Below, one piece after another: positions 54,940-64,000 of a stretch of 64,000 bases of DNA (positions are counted from its first letter, which is position 1; every line of letters starts with the position of its first letter). The stretch is taken from contig OX597824.1 of NCBI GenBank assembly GCA_951406725.2, positions 75,578,001 to 75,642,000 on the forward strand. Direction: 5' to 3'. Both the position numbers and the translations under genes were made by a program. The notes under the pieces are model-generated. The model saw nothing but the letters and a program-made list of their open reading frames with translations, made no database searches and was not told the DNA's origin. The stretch comes from Octopus vulgaris (taxonomy: Eukaryota).

Positions 54940-56100
54940 CCAGCTTAATGATTTCAAAGCCATAATTTATAACATAAACAGCAACAAACAATTCACAATG
55001 GAATACAGTCAAAAGCAACTAACTTTTCTGGATGTATTAATCATAAAGAAAATGAAAACGGTGACATCGAAACCGACATTCACTACAAGACAACATGTTC
55101 TGCCACAATACTTACTCTTTGCTTTTTGTCACTGGAAACATATCAAAACATGTAGCACAAATAATATCATGAATTGTTTTCAATCTTGAAATTCAAAATA
55201 GATGTCTTCAAGAATGTAAACAAATGCTATTTGAAAAACAAGTGCACAACAGCGTTAATTGATAATGAAATAAACAAAAATTAACTTAATTACAAAACAC
55301 AAAAATCAATTGAAATACGTGAAATATCTTATTACATCACAATAAACATTCCAAGAGATACAGAAATATATATCACACATCAAAACATTCCATTATTGAA
55401 GCAAAATCCAAGAGTGAAGAAGAAGACTTGAAACACAAAATAATCAGCAGTTAAAGACAATTAAAATCCTTGAAAAATTACCAGCGCCAAATCAACCACA
55501 AAAACACAGCACCAATAGTCAAAACATATAGTCGGCCGATTTGTTAAACTCATGTCCGCCTAATAGTAAGCACAAATTTAAATCAGGATATATTTTCATT
55601 ATAAAAAAATATCGTTTAATTTATGCTATTAAATGTAATGGATGCAACGATGTTTACACTGAACAAACAAAACGCCCGCCGAAAATCAGACTCAATATTC
55701 ATGTTCAACAAATAAGGGAATCTACCATCAGACAGATACCACTAAGTGAACATTTAGACATATGTGAAACAAACAATTCACCTAAATACCTAATCGTCTC
55801 ACATAAAAGAATATCGTTTTATTTATGCTATCAAATGTAATGGATGCAACGAAGTTTACACTGAACAAACGAAACGCACACCGAAAATCAGACTCAATAT
55901 TCATGTTCAACAAATATGGGAGCCTACCATCAGACAGATACCACTAAGTGAACATTTAGACTTATGTGCAACAAACAAATCACCTAAATACCTAATCTTC
56001 TTACATTATATTTGTTCGGACTAAATCACTGATCAAATGCAGACAATTAAAGAATATATATATATTTAAAAAGTACAAGCCCCGATTGAATGAGCTTTAG
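54940..56100 (+). pseudogene. Penelope-like element remnant (RT C-terminus plus GIY-YIG endonuclease)
   Basis: FTMEYSQKQLTFLDVLI..TDIHYK..QYLLF..CH; LIYAIKCNGCNDVYTEQTKR..RLNIH..PLSEHL; ends KYKPRLN. Frameshifted. Confidence 0.82.
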
Positions 56101-57601
56101 CAAGAGACTTTACACTACTGCAGTTCACTTTCTTACACGCAAATACGTGGACATCCATTTGCACAACTTACTATCAGTCGTATACAAACAAGTAAACTAT
56201 TTCTCTATTTTTAGTTATTCTAACACTCTATTGTTCATACATATTCGCTTGGTTAATACAGCCTTTTACTTTTGATGCAATTATCGTGCTTACTGTCACG
56301 TGATATAATACACGATCATAACAAGCAATCGTTATCAATGCTTTAGCATGATGCATTCGATAGACGAATACAGCCTTAACTTTTTGGCACAACTGCCATT
56401 CACAGTCACATAGTCCGTTGATCTCGTGACTGGTTTCAGATGTAGCGTGCAGCCATTTCAAATAGTGGCGCCAATTTGTGGTAGCTGGCAATATGACATA
56501 ATGCCGTATTGCCGAAGAAATATGATTGTCGTTTTCCTATTGGTTGAAATAACTGCTCATATAGGAATTCTGAAAATTAGTTAAAGAATATTTTTATGTG
56601 ATTTCAATTCTTTAAAGTCAAGTTGAGCAGTTATAAAAAGCCTGGATTTTGGGGAAAACTTTAGTGTTTGTGGGATGTTACTAAACTCCACGGCACTCAT
56701 TCTTTTGAGATATTGGCTATTTTTTATGCCATGTCTATGATAAAAATCCAATAAGACTTATTTGAATTGTTGTGAACTATAATAGTTAGTATGAAGAATT
56801 AGCTAGTGTGAATTTTAAGTCGTAATTCTCTACGACAAAATTACTTTACTTTCTAATTGTACTATAAATGCTAAATGTACATAAATAAACTAATGTAGTA
56901 ATTATTTTCTCTTTCTTCACGTTTTTCAACTTGTTAATGAAATTTATTTTTGTAATTATAAAACTGTATTTTTTTATAGCTGTTAAAAGAACATGAATTT
57001 ATTTATCTTCAACATACATGCACGCATAAAATGTCCGTTAGCGTTTCAGATAATATATTTCTCGCTATGGCGTTTATATAGATGGAGTCAGGATTTACGT
57101 ATAATGATAATACTTATAACTAAGTTATAAATGACAGGTTTATCAATATATATTCCTACTGCAAAAGTAAAATATATTTATTATCTATTTCCAAATAGGA
57201 AACATATAAAAGTAGCGTTACACTAACAGTAACCAAAAATCGCTATACAACCAATCAAACTGCATTTCAACTGAAGGCAATTTGAGTCATAAACTCTCCA
57301 TAAAAAGTAGCAAATTTTCAAACTCCAGTCAGAGTCAAAACAAATACAGCAAAGCCTCAGGCCCTTCCATATCGCTATTTTTAAAAATCATGAAATTGTG
57401 AATTAAAAATAAACAAATAAATCATTTTAGACTTCAAGTGCATTTTTAGCTTCTATTTTTTTTCTTGATACACCTAGTCTTATGAAGAAAACTTATTTTC
57501 CTCAGTGTGCGTGTGTATGTGCGCGCGTATGTGTGTGTGTGTGTATACATACATAAATTTACACACATAGATGCTCACATGCACACATATATATGTATAG
57601 A

Positions 57602-57835
57602 GGGCGGCGAGCTGGCAGAAACGTTAGCGCGCCGGGCGAAACGCTTAGCGTTATTTCGTCTGTCGTTTCGTTCTGAGTTCAAATTACGCCAAGGTCGACT
57701 TTGCCTTTCATCCCTTTCGGGGTCGATAAATAAAGTACCAGTTGCGTACTGGGGTCGATATAATCGACTTAATCCCTTTGTCTGTCTTTGTTTGTCCCCT
57801 CTACGTTTAGCCCCTTGTGGGTAGTAAAGAAATAT
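57602..57835 (+). mobile_element. SINE B monomer
   Basis: Full-length match. Confidence 0.9.
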
Positions 57836-58254
57836 ATATATGTATAGAGAAATCCAGAAGTGCTATACAACATAATTATTTATTAAAATTATCTCCGCCT
57901 CTGGAATATATGTCATAATTAGCAAAAGACGATTGAGACCAGCTCCAAATCAGAAAGTGCGATAACCTCAAGAACCTGGAATTTTTCAGAGATGACATAC
58001 CATTACGGTATATTGTCTGGATATAAAGGGACAGCGGTAAATACTTCTTCCTGCCTCAATAAGTGTCGTCAGCACAACATTTGTCCATTCTTATATCCAG
58101 TAGTCAAAGACTTAGATTTATAGTAAAATGAGTAGAACATATTTTATGGCCAAAGTAATTTGCATAATTTAAGCTAAAATGAACTAAGAGAAATAAATTA
58201 GTGTGGCCAGTAAAATGTATTTGAACAACAGACAAATACAAGTATAAATGCATA

Positions 58255-59582
58255 TATCAAGTCATTAAGAATGAAACTTCAGATTTTGAACTGAAAGTTT
58301 ATTTTACTTTATCTCAACAAAAAGCAATGCAGTTATTCAAAGCATGCACCTAAATTATCAACACAATTTTTCCTTTTTATCAGTAGCTTATTTATGCCGG
58401 CGGCGAAGAATTCTGGAGAGCAAGAGGAGATGAAATCACGAAAGGCTGTTTTTCCATCTTCTTCAGATTTGAAGGTTTTTTTCCTTGCAAAATGTTGTCT
58501 AATGCCAGGTAAACATGATAGTCAGTTGGTGCCAGGTCTGGTGAATATGATAGATGACAGAGTACTTCCAACTTCAATTTGTTGTAACTCGAGTAGAGTT
58601 TTTTTGTACAACATATGTTTCTTTATCACCCACAAGAGGCCAAACACAGAGGGGACAAACAAGGACAGACAAAGGGATTAAGTCGATTATATCGACCCCA
58701 GTGCGTAACTGGTACTTAATTTATCGACCCCGAAAGGATGAAAGGCAAAGTCGACCTCGGCGGAATTTGAACTCAGAACGTTGCGGCAAACGAAATACGG
58801 CTACGCATTTCGCCCGGCGTGCTTTTTTGTACAACATATGGTCGAGCATTGTCTTGCAAGAGAATTGGCCTGTTTCTGTTGACCAATCTCGGTTGTTTAA
58901 TTGCAAGTTCACTCATCATTTCATCCAATTGGTTGATGTATACATCCACTGTAATTGACTTACTACGTCTCATGAAGCTGTAGTGGATGACACCAGCACT
59001 AGACCACCAAACAAACACCATTAGCTTTTTTGGGTGAATATTCTTTTTTGAATTGTGTTTTGGCATTTCGTCTCTATCCAACGACCGTGGACAACGTTTG
59101 CTAAAAAAGAATCCATTTTTCATCACACGTAACAATACGATGCAAAAATTGTTCGCTTTTATGCCGTGACAGCAAAGACCAGCAAGTTTCCAGACGACGT
59201 GTCATGTGATGCTCGTTCAGTTCGTATGGTACCCACTTGTTCAGGTTCTTTACTTTACCGATTTGTTTCCAATACAGCTTGAATCGAAACAGCAAACCTT
59301 GCTGCTAACTCACGCGTAGTTTGAGATGTATTCGCTTCCACTACAGTTTCCAGCTCATTATCCACCTTGGTCTCAGGTCTACCACGGAGTTGATTTTCAA
59401 GACCGGAACTCCTCAAACCATCGACGTACAGTGCACTCATTCACACCGTAACTTCCCAAATCATCGACGTAACTTTTCAATGTTGTAAAACAAAGAATTG
59501 CCAAGACAAATCATTAGAGTGAACGACTGTGTCAAACTTGGTGCATAAGAAAATCGGTCATTTCATTCTTAATGACCTGATA
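58255..59582 (-). mobile_element. Mariner element with both TIRs and a decayed transposase
   Basis: TIRs tatcaagtcattaagaatgaaa / tttcattcttaatgacctgata with TA flanks; motifs WVPYEL, IVTCDEKWI, VWWS..GVIHY, LLQDNARP and YSPDLAPTDY. Confidence 0.92.
58617..58822 (-). mobile_element. 5'-truncated SINE B inserted in the mariner
   Basis: TSD ttttttgtacaacatatg on both sides. Confidence 0.9.
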
Positions 59583-59601
59583 TATATGTATGTGCGTGTG
59601 T

Positions 59602-59655
<54 letters not shown>

Positions 59656-59894
59656 CCTTCGAAACACGGAGTAGTCGAAGCAGGGGCAGCTGAATAAGGG
59701 GAATGTTCCTTGTGTTGTATGTCTTGTACTCTGTGTTTTCGTTGTTTGAAAATGTCCCGGTTCCATGTTTTTGTTTTTATGTTTTCGTTTCTCGTGTTCT
59801 ACGTTTTTTTGTGTGTCATGTACCCATATATGCATGTATATATATACATATATGTATGTATGTATGTATGCATATGTTTTATTCATTAATTTGT

Positions 59895-60002
<108 letters not shown>

Positions 60003-60667
60003 GTATATGTGCGTGAGTGTGGACGTATATGCATGCGTACACACATTTATGCACTCGCACACACACATACATACACACGTGGAAGTGCACATGTTGACTA
60101 AGTTAAATCTGCATTTTAGAAAATCCATTAGCACTAAGATCTCCGGAAACAAAGAATACAATTGGCAAAACCATCAATAGCAGACCTCTATATGACATTT
60201 CCTTTTCTCGGCAAAAGCCTGTATTGTCTAGCCTAAAGCTTTTCACAGGTGATCATTTAAAAACCATTCTATCAATTGAATAAAGAATAGAATATTGCAG
60301 CGAAGCCAAAAATCTCTCGAAAGAATTCTGGTTTTTTCTCTCTTTTAGATAGCTCTTTCAAAAAGCATTCACAACGAATGCCTACGCACACATTCATTTT
60401 CAGATGTACAATAATGCATTTCTATGTGTTTCAAAGTGCATAATGCTCACTTGTCAATATTGTTGAATAAACCACTCCAAGAAGCTCGCAGACATGTACC
60501 AGTAAGCCAGCTTTTGTTGTTGCTGTTGATGATAATGATAATGATGATGATGATGAGGAGGAGGAGGATAATGATGATCATCATGTTGTTGGGTGTGATG
60601 ATATTGTTCAGCCTTGGATGTTTATTTTCCAAATAAAACCAGGAATATACATACATATATACATACA

Positions 60668-60712
<45 letters not shown>

Positions 60713-60881
60713 TCTTTTACATTACTCTTTTACACTTTTACCAGGACTTATTTTTTGTAAGCCTAGTACTTATTCTATCGGTGTCTTTTGCCGAAACGCT
60801 AAGTTACGGGGACGTAAACACACCAGCATCGGTTGTCAAGCGATGTTGGGAGGGGGCACAAACACAGACACACAAACATAT

Positions 60882-60936
<55 letters not shown>

Positions 60937-61063
60937 TTATAGTATAGAGGGCATTATTACACATAAATGCCTCACACTAAGAGGGACAAAGTCATTACTA
61001 CCAAAATTACACTAATCATACCTAATGCAGTTCTTCAAAGCAAGACATTTAAAAAATGAATTT

Positions 61064-61120
61064 AGTTCTGTATCACCGTGATTTCACATTTAACTTACGT
61101 CTATGATCATCAGCAGAACT
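61064..61120 (-). ncRNA. Type I hammerhead ribozyme (left arm)
   Basis: AGTTCTG-CTGATGA-[stem II]-GAAA-TCAC-G-GTGA-TA^-CAGAACT. Confidence 0.72.
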
Positions 61121-61245
61121 GATTCTGAACACATCATAAATAAACCACCAACCTTACCTAGCGGAGACGAACAGACATCTATTCACTCTGGCCAAGTACA
61201 TGGAATGTTTATAAATCATATATTCGGTAAATGGCGGGCTTTTTC

Positions 61246-61302
61246 AGTTCTGCTGATGATCATAGACGTAAGTTAAATGTGAAATCACGGTGGTACAGAA
61301 CT
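61246..61302 (+). ncRNA. Type I hammerhead ribozyme (right arm)
   Basis: AGTTCTG-CTGATGA-TCATAGACGTAAGTTAAATGT-GAAA-TCAC-G-GTGG-TA^-CAGAACT; 7-bp stem I; predicted cut after 61295. Confidence 0.72.
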
Positions 61303-61559
61303 AAATTCATTTTTTAAATGTCTTGCTTTGAAGAACTGCATTAGGTATGATTAGTGTAATTTTGGTAGTAATGACTTTGTCCCTCTTAGTGTGAGGCATT
61401 TATGTGTAATAATGCCCTCTATACAATATAAATATAATTAATTTGTTCAAAAGGAAAAGAATTATTTTCGAATTCTTTTCTCTTATGAGGTTTTTCACGC
61501 TAACTACCTGATAATTTCTTGTTAAGATTCCTTATTAAGAGGTTATCCTTAATTGTTAA

Positions 61560-61584
<25 letters not shown>

Positions 61585-61591
<7 letters not shown>

Positions 61592-61784
61592 GAGGGTACT
61601 ACTATTAGTAGATACCAACACGATAAGAGGGACCAATGCGGTCAAAACTACTAAATAGTAGTACCCTCATTATAATATAAATGAATATTTTCAAAGAGGA
61701 AGAATTTACGGATTTTTTTCTCTTACGAGGTTTTTCACGCTGACTACTGATAATTTCTTTTAAAGACTTTATCCTCAATTGTTA

Positions 61785-61790
<6 letters not shown>
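61585..61790 (+). mobile_element. Miniature fold-back relative of 60943-61560
   Basis: ~27-bp inverted repeat (61585-61611/61648-61675); tail 61690-61790 is homologous to 61445-61560. Confidence 0.7.
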
Positions 61791-61825
<35 letters not shown>

Positions 61826-62414
61826 TACGACGGGCTTCTTTCAGTTTTCGTCTACCAAATCCACTAACAAGGCTTTGGGCGGCCCGACGCTATAGTAGAA
61901 GACACTTGCTCAAGGTATCACCGCAGTGGGACTGAACCCAGAACCGTGTGGTTTCCAAGATTCGTTATGTGAATTCCTGTGTTGAAGTAAATTTTGATGT
62001 GTCTGGGGAAAGTTCATATTGTCTAAATATCTTATTATCTAACACGCTCATCGGTCCGATTTCTACTCATTTATTATTTATATCTTTTCTCCCAAAATTT
62101 CCGTTGTTTTTGCAACCTTGTCATTGGATATTGATTATATATATGAAATCATAAATGACAGATAGATAGTTTCATGAAATTTTATTTAACAATGAGAAAA
62201 GCCGAACATCAAGACCAATTGTTTCGTAACTTAAAAACATGTAAATAATCTATATTATTATATTCAATAATGAATAAATTACTTACATATTTGCATTAAT
62301 GCAAAAGGCAAAAAATCGCACGATATATCCTATATGTTTTGCAGAATAATACATTAAAGAGCTTTTATATAGGAGTACTACCGGTATATTTGAATCTATA
62401 TATTTTTTTATACT

Positions 62415-63157
62415 CTAGGCACAGGGCACGAAATTTTTCGGAATTAAATCGACTCCAATATGCAATTGGTACTTAATTTATCGACCCCGAAAGGATGAAA
62501 GGCAAAGTCGACCTCGGCGGAATTTGAACTCAGAACGTAGCAGCAGACGAAATACCTATTTCTTTACTACTCACAAGGGGCTAAACACAGAGAGGACAAA
62601 CAAGGACAGACAAACGGATTAAGTCGATTATATCGACGCCAGTGCGTAACTGGTACTTATTTAATCGACCACGAAAGGATGAAAGGCAAAGTCGACCTCG
62701 GCGGAATTTGAACTCAGAACGTAAAGACATACGAAATACCTATTTCTTTACTACCCACAAGGGGCTAAACACAGAGAAGACAAACAAGGAAAGACAAACG
62801 GATTAAGTCGATTATATCGACCCCAGTGCGTAACTGGTACTTATTTAATCGACCCCGAAAGGATGAAAGGCAAAGTCGACCTCGGCGGAATTTGAACTCA
62901 GAACGTAGCAGCAGACGAAATACCTATTTCTTTACTACTCACAAGGGGCTAAACACAGAGCGGACAAACAAGGACAGACAAACGGATTAAGTCGATTATA
63001 TCGACGCCAGTGCGTAACTGGTACTTAATTTATCGACCCCGAAAGGATGAAAGGCAAAGTCGACCTCGGCGGAATTTGAACTCAGAACGTAACGGCAGAC
63101 GAAATACGGCTACGCATTTCGCCCGGCGTGCTAACGTTTCTGCCAGCTCACCGCCTT
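62415..63157 (-). mobile_element. SINE B tandem array, four units, 184-bp period
   Basis: cgacctcggcggaatttgaactcagaacgt recurs every 184 bp; only the 5'-most unit has the full head. Confidence 0.92.
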
Positions 63158-63457
63158 CTTGAATCCCTATATTGTGACTAAAATGTGTGTGTGCCTGAGT
63201 GTGTATATATTGGCAGAGGGCGATCATGCGATTAGTTTTAGAAATTTTTATAATTTTCCCCGCTTCAGTGCTTTAATGTCATGTGACAATAGTTTTTTTG
63301 CGCTGAAATTTAAGGTTGACACGGTTGAGCGAACTTCTCTAGCGACACTCCCAACCAGTCACAGCTCTGTAAAGTTAATCTGTCAAGTGGTAGAGTGAAC
63401 AGGAATTGTTTGTATTTGGTCATTAAATTTTATTAGGTTTCCTTTATTGCGTGTGGC

Positions 63458-64000
63458 TTACTCTTTTACTCTTTTACTTGTTTCCGTCATTTCACTGTGG
63501 CCATGCTGGAGCACCGCCTTTAGTCGAGCAAATCTACCCCAGGACTTATTCATTGTAAGCCTAGTACTTATTCTATCGGTTCTCTTTTACCGAACCGCTA
63601 AGTTACGGGGACGTAAACACACCAGCATCGGTTGTCAAACACATAAACAGACACAAGCATATATATATACATATGCATATATATACGACGGCTTTCTTTC
63701 AGTTTCCGTCTACCAAATCCACTCACAAGGCTTTGGTCGGCCCGAGGCTATAGTAGAAGACACTTGCCCAAGGTGCCACGCAGTTGGACTGAACCCAGAA
63801 CCATGTGGTTGGTAAGCAAGCTACTTGCCACACATCCACTCTACTTACCACACAGCCACTCTGCTTACCACAAAGCCAAATCGACCCCAGGACTCATTCT
63901 TTCGAAGCCTAGTACTTATTCTATCCGTATCTTTTGCCGAACCACCGCTAGGTTACGGGGACGCAAACACACCAGCATCGGTTGTCAAGCGATGTTGGGT
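63458..64000 (-). mobile_element. SINE A (63458-63875) followed by a partial second copy running off the window
   Basis: Family match; the ctacttaccacacagcca segment is locally triplicated. Confidence 0.88.

Larger units (their letters stand above)
60943..61560 (+). mobile_element. (TA)n-inserted fold-back element: 180-bp inverted arms, 121-bp spacer and unique tail
   Basis: 60943-61122 is the reverse complement of 61244-61423; one difference seen by eye. Confidence 0.85.
60711..61953 (-). mobile_element. SINE A split into 60711-60895 and 61827-61953 by insertions into its internal (TA)n
   Basis: The two halves are collinear with intact A copies. Confidence 0.85.

Noticed and set aside
62415-63157. 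CRISPR-like regularly spaced repeats
   Set aside because: The whole 184-bp unit repeats with no unique spacers; it is a SINE multimer in eukaryotic DNA.

Overview
AT-rich eukaryotic non-genic or intronic DNA saturated with microsatellites and transposon debris. The repeat content points to a coleoid cephalopod, probably Octopus (inference from remembered SINE families, not a search). No intact host gene is supported, and almost all ORFs in the track are translations of microsatellites or SINEs. Contents: four tRNA-headed SINE families (labelled A-D here), two mariner pseudogenes plus a remnant, a decayed R4/Dong-type LINE, Tx1/L1-like LINE 3' ends, an internally deleted RTE, a Penelope-like RT/GIY-YIG remnant, Helitron-like elements and MITEs. 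The most notable signal is about 17 type I hammerhead-ribozyme (HHR) motifs, ranging from intact to decayed, in short non-coding elements that mostly abut (TA)n. Three of these elements are fold-backs with a divergent HHR pair, one on each strand. The cleanest is 60943-61423, with 180-bp near-perfect arms. All alignments and pairings were read by eye and coordinates are approximate.
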